From: SAR324 cluster bacterium
GTDB taxonomy: Bacteria > SAR324 > XYD2-FULL-50-16
NCBI GenBank assembly: GCA_028282885.1
Contig: JANQGX010000059.1
Location: 64,906-128,905 of the forward strand
DNA length: 64,000 nt
Direction of reading: 5' to 3'
Translations under genes and position numbers: made by a program
The notes under the pieces: model-generated
The model's input: only the letters and a program-made list of their open reading frames with translations
Databases searched by the model: none
Told to the model about the DNA's origin: nothing
Shown here: positions 9,883-19,749 of the stretch, in pieces
How the letters are laid out: each line of letters starts with the position of its first letter
How positions within the stretch are numbered: the stretch's first letter is position 1

Positions 9883-11916
9883 TTAGAAAAATTCTATGTT
9901 ATCGCCCAGATCTTCATCGGCAGCTTCGTTGTCCGGCATAGGCTCCGTATCATCGAAGAGCTCGATGGTTCCTGTGTCGTTTTCATCAAGGGATTGGTTC
10001 GTACTGGACGAAGAGGTGTCAAGCGAAGCCCTGTGAATATCACGTTCGGCTTGCATGGTGTACTTGTTTTTTAACTCCTGCAGGGCAGGATCTATCAAAT
10101 CAATTCCCTGTTCTGATTGAGGCAGGTGTTCCTTAAACTGCTGACAGATGTTTTCCAAACCTTTCATGACATGATCCAACCCTTCGTTGATGGCCCTGCT
10201 GAATTGCAGTTTGTCCACCAGGTCTGAGAAGTCCGCCTTCAACCTTCGGGTTGCGGCCGAGCAGTTGGAGGCATTTTCATCTGTTTGCAGAAGCGTGAGG
10301 ATCGAGGTTCCAATCCGGTCAAAGCTTTCATCCACAGTTTGCATGGACTCTCTTAAATTCAACAGTAGATCGCCTGTGATCTTGTTTGAGTCACTGCTTA
10401 TGGAACTTATAATATCCAGCCTGTCCGAGATCTGGTGTTGTACGGATTGAGAAATAGTGTTTATTTCTGTTGACAACACGGCAAGCGGTTTTCCGAGACG
10501 ACCAATCGCTGAGGCTTTTATCATTGAATTGAGAGCCAACAGCCGTAGATTTAATTCATTGGATTCGATTAAGGAGCTGACCCTGGTGATGCCGCTGACA
10601 TGTTTACTGAGAAGGTCCGTCGAGTTCATCAGTTCATAATTGACTTTTTTATAGTCGCCAAGATGGGAATAAAATTCTTTCAGCAGTTCATCGAGTTTGC
10701 CGATATCCTGTTCAAGCGACATCATGGTTGGAATGATTTGGTCGGCTGTGTCCGATTGTTTTTGCATCAGGTTTAGAATCCTGGTAAAGGATTGGGAGAG
10801 ATTACCGGACACTTCTATGTTTTCATTTTTGAGATTCTGCAGTTGGGCCATTTGCAGATTTAAAACTGCTGTTGCCCAGGCTCTCAGTTTTGACAGGTCT
10901 TTTTCAGTTCCGGTTGCAAATCCTGAGAGATCTGATTGGACCTCTGAAAGATTGTGGCTGATGTGTTCCAGTCTCTGTCGGTAATTGTCATGAAACTGGA
11001 GATAGGTTACAATCTCACCGATCGCCGAGGAGATGGAATTGATAAATCCGCCCATCTGCTGACAGGTGTTAATACTACGCTCTACCTTGCCCGAAATTAC
11101 AGACATCTGTTCCTGGATTTTTCCTTGTTCCTGAACAAGCGAAAGCTGGTTACTTCTGTTTTTGTTTTCAATGCGTGAGAGAATTTTTTGAATCAAATCA
11201 ACGGTTTCTGTCGATGCATTTTTGATCTCCCCGGCATTCCCGGTAATCAGTTCCTCCAGTGTTGTCAAATCGTCCGCAACCGTGTTGAATTCCAGACAAC
11301 CAGCGTTCTCGGTTTCAATCCGGATCATTACCCGCACCATACGCAAGGCTCTGTAAGTTCTGTCCAGAGACTCATTTAGCTCTGTGATTGCTCCAATATT
11401 AGCCTCCATTTTACCTAAAGCGACGGACAGATCGGAGAGAGCGTTTTCAGCCTGATCCGCCTTGGAGAATCCGTCATTCAACGCCTTCCGGATTGATTTT
11501 AGATCAGCTGCTTTGCCGGTGTTCAGAGTGGTGATAACTTTATCAGCCAGGGCTGCATTCTGGTTGTTTATAGTGTTGATATGATTTAACCGTTCTCCCA
11601 GGTAAAGAAACTCCTTTTCAGTTGATTTTGACAGATTATCCAGCTTTGATGCCATATCGGCCAACCCGGAGTTCCAGCTATTAATCGGCAACATGGCAGG
11701 CAAAGACCGCTGTGGATCTGATTTCGGAGGAAGTGATTCGAGTTCCGGAAGTTCAGATTTCTGCAGAATGGAGTTTCGCGTGAAAACCTGATTGTTCTTT
11801 TCCGTGAGCCTGTTTCCCAACCGTGATCTTAAGAATCCGAAAAGCTTTGCAAACCAACCGGGATAAGCGGTAGTTATGATGGTTTTATCTTTCAGTACCA
11901 TATTTGTAGTCTGCAT
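9883..11916 (-). CDS. Soluble, highly divergent MCP-like coiled-coil protein with two hairpin-tip-like segments
   Basis: 677 aa with no TM helix and mostly predicted coiled coil. Residues around 190-230 (ALRMVRVMIRIETENAGCLEFNTVADDLTTLEELITGNAGEIK) and around 455-490 (LRLLALNSMIKASAIGRLGKPLAVLSTEINTISQS) both align to the MCP tip consensus [34 protein letters not shown]. It is the first gene of the che operon and has an acidic C-terminal tail ending ...DNIEFF. Confidence 0.5.
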   Translation of the reverse strand: MQTTNMVLKDKTIITTAYPGWFAKLFGFLRSRLGNRLTEKNNQVFTRNSILQKSELPELESLPPKSDPQRSLPAMLPINSWNSGLADMASKLDNLSKSTEKEFLYLGERLNHINTINNQNAALADKVITTLNTGKAADLKSIRKALNDGFSKADQAENALSDLSVALGKMEANIGAITELNESLDRTYRALRMVRVMIRIETENAGCLEFNTVADDLTTLEELITGNAGEIKNASTETVDLIQKILSRIENKNRSNQLSLVQEQGKIQEQMSVISGKVERSINTCQQMGGFINSISSAIGEIVTYLQFHDNYRQRLEHISHNLSEVQSDLSGFATGTEKDLSKLRAWATAVLNLQMAQLQNLKNENIEVSGNLSQSFTRILNLMQKQSDTADQIIPTMMSLEQDIGKLDELLKEFYSHLGDYKKVNYELMNSTDLLSKHVSGITRVSSLIESNELNLRLLALNSMIKASAIGRLGKPLAVLSTEINTISQSVQHQISDRLDIISSISSDSNKITGDLLLNLRESMQTVDESFDRIGTSILTLLQTDENASNCSAATRRLKADFSDLVDKLQFSRAINEGLDHVMKGLENICQQFKEHLPQSEQGIDLIDPALQELKNKYTMQAERDIHRASLDTSSSSTNQSLDENDTGTIELFDDTEPMPDNEAADEDLGDNIEFF

Positions 11917-11963
11917 TTTCTGACCCTGAGCCTAAAGGAGTTTTCCTGAACACGTTTGCCGGG

Positions 11964-12356
11964 CTACCTCAGAGCTTGGCAATCGATGGTTTGAAAATTG
12001 ATCATCTTGAACAAAACAGCCCTTAGATTGGTGTAGTCACTTTCAATTGAATCCAAGTATCTCGGGTATAAGAGATGAGCAACTTCAAGAGTCTCCTCTG
12101 AATCATCCGGAAGCAATAAAACCAGCTTTGAGTTTTTCAAGAGATCCTGAATGGACAGCAGATCGAAAAGATCTTTCTTCTTGGCGGCAGCAATAACGCA
12201 AATGGAACGTCCGGCCATAGCGCGTCTCAGCGTAACAGATAGTTCTTTTAATGAGTTACACAATTTACTGCGCTCTGCAGGGATCGATGAAATCACGGTT
12301 TCTTTAAATCGAGGAAGCTTTTCCCGGATTCCGGACAGGTAGAAAATGACATCCAT
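11964..12356 (-). CDS. Hypothetical protein (130 aa), no recognisable domain
   Basis: ORF sitting between the sigma-54 regulator and the che operon on the same strand. No motif recognised. Confidence 0.35.
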   Translation of the reverse strand: MDVIFYLSGIREKLPRFKETVISSIPAERSKLCNSLKELSVTLRRAMAGRSICVIAAAKKKDLFDLLSIQDLLKNSKLVLLLPDDSEETLEVAHLLYPRYLDSIESDYTNLRAVLFKMINFQTIDCQALR

Positions 12357-12643
12357 TTTTATTTGTGTTTAATCTGCTGACAGCTAATGAATGCTGTCCC
12401 GGCATTGGTTTCTACTTGCATATCCCTATTCTGTGGTAGACATTGACGGAAATGTTCATTCTTCAACTTATATGCCAGCCCCGAGAAGTGACGAAAAAAC
12501 CAATAATAACAATTTAAAACGAAACTTTTCGGATCAGACACAAAAACAAAAGGGGTGGTATATGGAGGAAGTGTCTAAAAAAAGGAGACACAGTCCAATA
12601 AAAATAGACAATCGGAAGTTGTCTGCCAGGAGGTTTTTAAACG

Positions 12644-14083
12644 CTATCTGATTGCGATGCTTAAGTGGTGCTTCTTCAGGAGCTGATAAAGTCGGGCCCT
12701 TGAGATCCCGGAAATTCGGCAGGCTTCCCGAACGTTATTCCCGGATAAGGTTATCAGCTCTTTCAGATAGTTTATCTCGGCATTGTCAATGACTTTGGTT
12801 TTAAACTCTTTCAGGTTGGGAAAGGGCTGCTGTCGGTCGATTCTTGCAGGATGAGATATCGTTGAATCAGCCGCTTTCTTGCGCGAGATTTCGGTGCTTT
12901 GCAGTCGGATATGAAGTGGCAGATGTTTCACAAACAGTGTTTTTTCACCCTGAATCTGTCCGAGGGTTGTTTCAAGGGTGTTGATCAGCTCCCGTACGTT
13001 ACCTGGCCAGTGATAGCTTTTCAGGGCTTCCAGAAACTCCGGGGTTATCCTTTTGGGTTCGGTTTGCAATCGTTCACAGATTTTTGAGATATAGTAGGTT
13101 GTCAGCTCATTAATATCTTCCAAACGTTTTCTGAGAGGGGGGAGATGAATTTGGTGAGTTTGCAGTCGAAAGAGCAGATCTTCTCTGAATGCCCCGTTTT
13201 TGACCTCTTCAGCAAGGTTGCGGTTAGTGGCGGAAATCAACCGGAAGTCGCTGCTCACTTCCCGACTTCCCCCGACAGGACGGAATTTTCTCTCCTGCAG
13301 AGCCCTCAGAAAAGTCTTTTGAATATTCAATGGCAGCTCTCCAATCTCATCCAGAAAGAGCGTACCGCCATCAGCCTGTTTCATCAGACCGGTATGATTT
13401 TCGGTGGCACCTGTGAAAGCTCCTTTGATATGACCGAACAGGACGCTCCCCACCAGGTTTTCCGGTAGCGAGGCACAGTCAACCACTACCATGTTTTTAT
13501 CCGATCGCTCGCTGTTCTTGTGTATCGCCAGGGCGAAAACTTCCTTGCCTGTACCGGTTTCACCGGAGATTAGAACATTGGTATTGCTGTTGGCTGCTTT
13601 GGCGACCTGCTTCAGCGCCTGTCTTATCTCGCGTCCCTCCCCTATTACACCTTCCCTGTCCAGAATCAGCAGGGGATTAAGTTCTTTCTTTTCCTTTTGA
13701 TATTGCAGAACTCTTGTCAGGGTAAGAGACAGTTTTGATATGGCGGGGGGTTTTTCAATATAGTCCCAAGCCCCGTTTTTCAGGGCAAGTTCTGCACCTG
13801 TTTCATCCCCATCGCCTGTTACGATGATAACCTCAGGCTGGTAGGACAGTTTACATATTTCCGGAAGAGCGGACAAACCGTCTCCGTCGGGAAGCATTAC
13901 ATCCAGCAAAACAATGTCATAGACATTTTCCTGCAGGTTTTTCATTCCGGCACCAAGGGACAGCTCAAATCTGGCATAATAGCCCATTTTCAGGAGATGT
14001 CTGAGCATGACATCGCAAAACATTTCGTCGTCATCGACAACCAGTATTCTGGATTGTGGTGTTGATTTAGCCTTCATATGCAA
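12644..14083 (-). CDS. Sigma-54-dependent response regulator (NtrC family: REC, AAA+ sigma-54 activator and Fis-type HTH domains)
   Basis: Receiver domain (ILVVDDDEMF...LLDVMLPDGDG). Walker A (ISGETGTGKEVFALAIH). GAFTGA sigma-54 contact motif (FGHIKGAFTGA). C-terminal HTH (NNVREACRISGISRARLYQLLKK). Confidence 0.9.
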   Translation of the reverse strand: MHMKAKSTPQSRILVVDDDEMFCDVMLRHLLKMGYYARFELSLGAGMKNLQENVYDIVLLDVMLPDGDGLSALPEICKLSYQPEVIIVTGDGDETGAELALKNGAWDYIEKPPAISKLSLTLTRVLQYQKEKKELNPLLILDREGVIGEGREIRQALKQVAKAANSNTNVLISGETGTGKEVFALAIHKNSERSDKNMVVVDCASLPENLVGSVLFGHIKGAFTGATENHTGLMKQADGGTLFLDEIGELPLNIQKTFLRALQERKFRPVGGSREVSSDFRLISATNRNLAEEVKNGAFREDLLFRLQTHQIHLPPLRKRLEDINELTTYYISKICERLQTEPKRITPEFLEALKSYHWPGNVRELINTLETTLGQIQGEKTLFVKHLPLHIRLQSTEISRKKAADSTISHPARIDRQQPFPNLKEFKTKVIDNAEINYLKELITLSGNNVREACRISGISRARLYQLLKKHHLSIAIR

Positions 14084-14108
14084 TAATGGTTTAAAAGAAT
14101 GCTGATGA

Positions 14109-15683
14109 TCAGGGAGTATTGGTTTGACCCGGTGTCTTCAATTCCGACTGAGTATCGATGGTCAGGATTTGCCTGATTTTTTCATCCAGTTGATCCACCA
14201 TGAACGGTTTCATGACGATGTCTCTGATTCCGATCTTCTCCGCTTGCTCTTCTGCCAGTAGTTCATCATAGCCCGTACAAATGATGACGGGAATATCGGG
14301 TCGGATTTCCAGTATTTTCCTGGCCAGCACATCACCGGTATAACCGTTCATGTTCATGTCGCTAATCACAATATCAAACTGTGTCGGATCCTGCTTGAAA
14401 CAGGCGAAAGCGCCAACACTATCGGCTTTGGCCGTAACCTGATATCCCATCGTCTCCATTGAGCGAATCATGAACTCAATGATCTGTTCATCGTCATCTA
14501 CAAAGAGAATTCTTGCTCCCGGCCCCGCATTCCGGTTCGTAACCGTGGGGGCAGGTGGCTCCTGCTTTCTCTCGAAAAGAGGAAGGATCACGGTGAAACA
14601 GGCTCCTTCTCCCTGTTTGCTTTCCACATCAACAGCTCCTTTCAAATCTTCAACAATGCCATAAACGACCGGCAGACCCAGTCCGGTTCCCTTTTTCATG
14701 GATTTGGTTGTAAAATAGGGCTCAAATATCCTCTCTCTGATTTCAGGGGGCATACCGATACCGTCATCTCTGACAATGATCTTCAGGAACTTGGATGAGG
14801 GGCCCTGCGGCATGTTCAAAGGATCGATATCGTTCTGATCGGTGTTTTCAAGCAAGATCTCCAGTTTTCCTCCCTTTTCCTGCATGGCCTCTGCCGCATT
14901 GGTGCAGAGATTCATCAGTATCTGGTGAACGTTCACGGGATCCGCCATCAGGATATCGGACTGATTTTTCAGCGAGAGGCGGATTTCAATATTGGCCGGT
15001 AAGGTTTTTTTCAGCAGCTTGGTAATCTCTTTGACAATGGGATTAACGCTGATTTGCGCCAGTTCCGGCTTTCGGCGGCGACTGAAAGTCAAGATCTGCT
15101 TGACAAGAAAGCTGGCCCTTTTGGCAGCCTTGATAATCTGCCGGACACTGTAAGCTCCTGGCGCATCATCCTTTAATTCATGCCGAACGGCAAATTCCGC
15201 GTTTCCCAGAATAGAGGAAAGTATATTGTTAAAATCATGAGCGATTCCTCCGGCCAAAGTGGCAACAGCTTCGGTTTTCTGGGCATGGCGGAGTTGTGAT
15301 TCCAGTTCTTTTTCCCTTGAGATATCCTTGATATGAGAGATAAAGAACTGGGGTGTGTTTTCTGAATTCCGATTAAGAAAGACCCCCACGGAAGTCCAGA
15401 AGTGATCACCATTTTTCCGCAGAAACCGCTTGCTGAAGCTGATATTTTCAAGATTCCCTTCGAGAAGCCGATTCAGATTGTTTTGAGTTGTTTCCAGGTC
15501 ATCCGGATGTGTCAGGTTGAAGCAGGTCTTCATTTGAAGTTCCTTTTCACTGAACTCCAGAATTTTACACATGTAGGGATTAGCGGAAATTATCTTGCCG
15601 CTAAGGTCCATCATGTAGATGCCTATGGATAGATTGTTAAAGACTGAGCGATAGAAATCGTTGCTGTCTGTAAAGGAGTTCAT
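14109..15683 (-). CDS. Hybrid sensor histidine kinase (PAS, HisKA, HATPase_c and C-terminal receiver domains), cytoplasmic
   Basis: PAS domain (NPYMCKILEFSEKEL...), H-box (IAHDFNNILSSILGNAEFA), G-boxes (GTGLGLPVVYGIVE) and a receiver domain (ARILFVDDDEQIIEF...VISDMNMNG). It ends 26 nt before the start of the downstream NtrC-like regulator. Confidence 0.85.
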   Translation of the reverse strand: MNSFTDSNDFYRSVFNNLSIGIYMMDLSGKIISANPYMCKILEFSEKELQMKTCFNLTHPDDLETTQNNLNRLLEGNLENISFSKRFLRKNGDHFWTSVGVFLNRNSENTPQFFISHIKDISREKELESQLRHAQKTEAVATLAGGIAHDFNNILSSILGNAEFAVRHELKDDAPGAYSVRQIIKAAKRASFLVKQILTFSRRRKPELAQISVNPIVKEITKLLKKTLPANIEIRLSLKNQSDILMADPVNVHQILMNLCTNAAEAMQEKGGKLEILLENTDQNDIDPLNMPQGPSSKFLKIIVRDDGIGMPPEIRERIFEPYFTTKSMKKGTGLGLPVVYGIVEDLKGAVDVESKQGEGACFTVILPLFERKQEPPAPTVTNRNAGPGARILFVDDDEQIIEFMIRSMETMGYQVTAKADSVGAFACFKQDPTQFDIVISDMNMNGYTGDVLARKILEIRPDIPVIICTGYDELLAEEQAEKIGIRDIVMKPFMVDQLDEKIRQILTIDTQSELKTPGQTNTP

Positions 15684-15998
15684 ACGAAATTCCTGAAAAA
15701 GGTCCAGGTTGGAAATATTTTAAAAACCAAATGGATAGTTTAGTAGACGATACTTCCGACACTATCCGCGATCATCTAATCGCGGATTTTATCGCATCTT
15801 AACACAGTTTTTAGTCAAAAACCAGTATCTGTTATCATGATAGTACGGATTATGGTCATCGAACCGATGTCATCCTTACATTTACAGATTCAAACATTTT
15901 GAAGAAAGTTCTATTGAGGTGTTGTCAGGCAGCTTACGGGAGTTGTGAATTTCTGGAGGTGATTCCAAATCTCCCCGGGTTTGGGTGTGATTCCGTAT

Positions 15999-17483
15999 CT
16001 ACTCGTTCACGAAGGCAGGTTCTTTAATTTGAAACCTTATCTTGAAGTGCGTCCCTTTGGATCTGATCAATTCCAGGCTTCCGTTCAGTTGGGTTTCGAC
16101 CAAGGCCTCAACCAGGTTCAGGCCTAATGTATCCGAGGTATTCAGGTCCACATGCGGAGCAATTCCGACACCATTGTCGGATACGGCACCAACCAGGTGC
16201 TGTCCGGATCTCTTCAAGCTCACGGAAACCGTACCGTTTTTTTCCCCGGGAAAGGCATATTTTAAAGCATTTGAAACCAGTTCATTGATTACCAGCCCTA
16301 ATGGCATTGCCTGTTCAATAGCCAGTACCAGGGATTCTGTATCGATGGAAAAGGTGACTCTCGGTGAAACGGTCGCGTATGTCTGAAGCAAAGGAGTGAC
16401 AATTCGGGAGACATATGTTTTCAGGTTTATCCCCGTAAGGCTTTCTGATTGATAAAGTGTTTCGTGGATGGCTGATAAAGCGTGGATCCTGAGCTGGCTT
16501 TCTTTCAGGGTTTCCCTGATAGCCAAGTTTTCTGTCCTGTTGGCCTGGAGGTTGATCAGACTTGAAATCACCTGCATATTGTTTTTTACGCGGTGATGAA
16601 TTTCCTTAAGGAGAATCTCCTTTTCGTGAAGAGAGTTTTTGATCTGCTCCTCCTTTTTTTTAGATTCGGAAATGTCTCTGGAGATTTTAATGATACCGGT
16701 CAGTTTTTCCTTACGATCCGTTAGGGGAATTCCTACACTTTCCCAATAGCTTTTCCCGACTCCCCTGAATTCAGATTGGTAGACCACCGCAGTTTCTTTT
16801 TTTTGGGTTTCCAGGGCTTTCAAACAGGGACATTCTTCGCAGGCTGAGTCCCTTAAGGTGAAAGCTTCGTAACAGTATTGCCCGACAGCCTTGTGGTTCA
16901 GGTTCAGGGCTGTTTGATTTGCCCAGAGGATTTTAAGATCCGGATCGAGATGAAGAATATGATCCGGGTTGTTGTCTAAGATATTTTTTAATTGTTCCTG
17001 ACTCTCCCGTAGTGCACTGGTCTTATCCCATAAAATCTGCATAAGGTCCTCTTTTTCCTGACGCAACTCGTCCCCAGCGTTTTTTATACGAAGCAATGCC
17101 CTAAGCTGGGCACCGAGTTCAGAAGCGTTCAACGGCTTAACCATCACAACATCCGCCCCCGAGTTCAAACCTCTGATTTTGTGTTCTATAGCGGTTGTTG
17201 ATGGCAATAGTATGACAAGGGGAGTATTGGCGGTGTATTCCATCGCCCTCAGTTTTTTACAGGCTTCAAAACTGTTTTTACCATTTCGCTTGACATCCAG
17301 CAGAATAGCATGTGGGGGTAGCGTTTCAATCTTTAACTTATCTTCATCCGGAGCTTCCACATAGTTTATCTCGCATTCAGGGAAGGCTTCACTCACCATG
17401 GCGGATAGGTCAATCGGATTTTTCTTTCGATCGCCTATTACTAAAATTCTTGTTTTTTTTGATTCTTTTTGATTGTTCACCAT
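15999..17483 (-). CDS. Signal-transduction histidine kinase with an N-terminal receiver domain, a PAS domain and a HisKA_2-type kinase core
   Basis: N-terminal REC-like domain (TRILVIGDRKK...ILLDVKRNG). PAS domain. H-box of the HisKA_2/HWE class (HHRVKNNMQVISSLINLQ). C-terminal ATPase (NELVSNALKYAF...DNGVGI). Confidence 0.8.
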   Translation of the reverse strand: MVNNQKESKKTRILVIGDRKKNPIDLSAMVSEAFPECEINYVEAPDEDKLKIETLPPHAILLDVKRNGKNSFEACKKLRAMEYTANTPLVILLPSTTAIEHKIRGLNSGADVVMVKPLNASELGAQLRALLRIKNAGDELRQEKEDLMQILWDKTSALRESQEQLKNILDNNPDHILHLDPDLKILWANQTALNLNHKAVGQYCYEAFTLRDSACEECPCLKALETQKKETAVVYQSEFRGVGKSYWESVGIPLTDRKEKLTGIIKISRDISESKKKEEQIKNSLHEKEILLKEIHHRVKNNMQVISSLINLQANRTENLAIRETLKESQLRIHALSAIHETLYQSESLTGINLKTYVSRIVTPLLQTYATVSPRVTFSIDTESLVLAIEQAMPLGLVINELVSNALKYAFPGEKNGTVSVSLKRSGQHLVGAVSDNGVGIAPHVDLNTSDTLGLNLVEALVETQLNGSLELIRSKGTHFKIRFQIKEPAFVNE

Positions 17484-17849
17484 GATGTGATTTTATCCTT
17501 TTAGCTACGGTGGAATCGATATCCGAAGCGAATACGCGGTCGAAATATTATGAAATTCCACGATTCTCACCCATATCATGTTCTAAGAAGTTGTAATTCA
17601 TCTCTCCATCGAATTGATCGTCTGCAACAAACGTACAAGATTGTCTGAAATCAAACAGAAAAAACTCTATCAATTTGATATCATTATCTTAACCTCGATT
17701 TTGATTCTCAACCGTTTATTTGATCCACAATTCGTGATATTTTTTTATGCTCAGTTACAGCTTCCGCTCCTTTGGGAGTTGACCAACAGGGATTGCAAGC
17801 GGATATTGAGCGACACTGTTAATGTGTGTTTTAGAGAAAGGATTATAAC

Positions 17850-18509
17850 ATGGGAGAAGATCTTTTACAGGACACTTATAATGGGGAAAGTCTTAGACTT
17901 TATTGTGACAAGCTTGCGAAAAGGGATAAAAGGATAAAAGGAATTCTTGGTGAGATTGGGTATCCACCATTCTGGCATCGCGATCCCGGTTTTAAAAGTC
18001 TTGTAATGATTATCCTCGAGCAGCAGGTTTCATTGGCATCGGCATTCTCGACCTATCAAAAACTGGAGACTCTCCTCAAAGAGATATCCCCGGGAAGAGT
18101 ATTGGGAATGAGTGATGCTCAGTTCAAGAGTTGTGGGTTCAGTCGTCAAAAGATGTCTTATGTCAGGGGATTGGCGGAGGAACTTGAAGCGGGCAGGTTG
18201 GATCTGGATACACTCAATAATCTTGATATCACTTCCCTCCGCAAGGAACTGCTTAACATAAAGGGAATCGGTAACTGGACAGTCGATGTTTACCTTTTAA
18301 GTTGTCTACACAAGCTGGACGTTTTCCCCATTGGAGATCTCGCTTTGATAAAATCCATGATTCAGGCAGGATTCATCAAGGATTCAGATTCGAAAGAAAG
18401 TATACAGCGCCGTGTGATGCGCTACAAACCCTATCGTTCCATTTTTACCATCATTCTCTGGTTCCGCTATATCAAGGTTAACAATATTAAGATTCAGTTT
18501 GATTTGTGA
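17850..18509 (+). CDS. HhH-GPD superfamily DNA glycosylase (AlkA / DNA-3-methyladenine glycosylase II-like)
   Basis: Helix-hairpin-helix plus Gly/Pro-rich loop with a catalytic Asp (LLNIKGIGNWTVDVYLLSCL...FPIGDLAL) and the upstream AlkA-like helical region. AAGGA RBS 8 nt upstream. Confidence 0.72.
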   Translation: MGEDLLQDTYNGESLRLYCDKLAKRDKRIKGILGEIGYPPFWHRDPGFKSLVMIILEQQVSLASAFSTYQKLETLLKEISPGRVLGMSDAQFKSCGFSRQKMSYVRGLAEELEAGRLDLDTLNNLDITSLRKELLNIKGIGNWTVDVYLLSCLHKLDVFPIGDLALIKSMIQAGFIKDSDSKESIQRRVMRYKPYRSIFTIILWFRYIKVNNIKIQFDL

Positions 18510-18561
18510 GAGAGTTCGAGATGGTTTTTCAGAAAAACACAATCGGCAGGGAATGACATAA

Positions 18562-18858
18562 ACCTATAAACTTGAAATTGAGCCGTTTCACAGGAATGGC
18601 GGCACTTTCTGGCTGGAAATCATGGCCAAGCTTGCCGAAGAGGATGGCATATTAAAGATTATTGGTGTGGTCCGCAATATTAACAAAATGAAAGTTTCGG
18701 AATTGGAACGTGAAAAACTGATTACCAAACTACGGAAAGCTTTGATGGAAAAAGAGAAGCTTCTGAAGGTGAATAACGGGGTACCCGGAATTAAAGATTG
18801 GAATATATCGGAAAAGGTGTTGCTCAATCGGAATAGAAGGTCATGGTTGGCGCGCTGA
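18562..18858 (+). pseudogene. Remnant of a PAS-domain sensor gene (C-terminal end of a PAS fold plus a coiled-coil linker); no start codon or N-terminal part
   Basis: The open frame from the stop at 18559-18561 reads TYKLEIEPFHRNGGTFWLEIMAKLAEEDGILKIIGVVRNINKMKVSELEREKL..., which has the typical terminal PAS strands (R.DG..FW.E....EDG...IGV.RDIT) and a coiled coil. There is no upstream coding sequence, and the stretch is overlapped by an antisense ORF. Confidence 0.4.
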
Positions 18859-19495
18859 GGCGAATGCCTGAGTTGTATGTGACCGTATCCTTGACGTTTA
18901 CCACAAAGACAAGAGCGGAGCCGTTTTGAACATCGATTTCGCTGGTAAGAATAAAATCTCCTGTTGTGCCCGTTTCAGCCTTTCCAAAGAGGTAGACAGC
19001 TTTTGTCGCTTCGGAAGAGTTGCTGTTACCACTGACTTCAACAGCCGCTTCACCCTTCACATCTCTATATGCCCCCACCAGATTGATGGTCGAGCCTATA
19101 GTGACCCTGCAGTATTTGTAAAGACCGGGAGCAACATCGTTTTCGGAATTAAAATCCCTGATTTCAGTTGAGGCAAGATTCTGGGTTACACCATCATCGT
19201 TTTCCCAAAGAGTGAATTTATCCTCTTCGCTATTACCGATTTCAACCTTGTAGAAGACGACGTTATATTCGGAGACAAGAATATCAATGATTTCAACGTC
19301 AGCGGACTGACTGCCCAGACGTGAAGTACCGGTGTCGGAGTCGGTGTAGTAGGTCGCCCTGGTTTTGAAGTTCACAGATGCCTGATCCGAATCGGTGGTG
19401 ACTTCCGAATCAGATTCTTTACAACCCGGCAATGAGAGAATCAAGACGATGAATAGGCATGTCGCTGCCAAAATGAAAAATGAAACCTTCTTCAT
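18824..19495 (-). CDS. Hypothetical lipoprotein (signal peptide plus lipobox LSLPGC)
   Basis: MKKVSFFILAATCLFIVLILSLPGCKESD..., followed by a mature domain rich in acidic and Thr residues. No known catalytic motif. Confidence 0.55.
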   Translation of the reverse strand: MKKVSFFILAATCLFIVLILSLPGCKESDSEVTTDSDQASVNFKTRATYYTDSDTGTSRLGSQSADVEIIDILVSEYNVVFYKVEIGNSEEDKFTLWENDDGVTQNLASTEIRDFNSENDVAPGLYKYCRVTIGSTINLVGAYRDVKGEAAVEVSGNSNSSEATKAVYLFGKAETGTTGDFILTSEIDVQNGSALVFVVNVKDTVTYNSGIRLSAPTMTFYSD

Positions 19496-19749
19496 TGATA
19501 TTCTATGCGATTAAGTTAATTTCTTCTAATATCCCACAATTCTTGTCCCCACTTTTTCACAGGTAAATCAGTTTGGCAAGTGATTCGAAAAGGGTCTAAA
19601 AACCGACGCCATCGATGTTTGAACAATAAAGTGGGTAACTTTGACTTCCAATAACGCAAACTGATGGGTTATGATGCAAACCAATGATATTGAACTCCAA
19701 TTTCTGTCAGCTTGACCTTTGACCAGGCAAGCTAATTGCTGCTTGAAAC

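Noticed and set aside
12563-12651. 29-codon plus-strand ORF (MEEVSKKRRHSPIKIDNRKLSARRFLNAI) with a GGGGTGG Shine-Dalgarno
   Set aside because: It has a good RBS but is tiny, overlaps the 3' end of the sigma-54 regulator gene, and has no conservation evidence available. It is too speculative to call.
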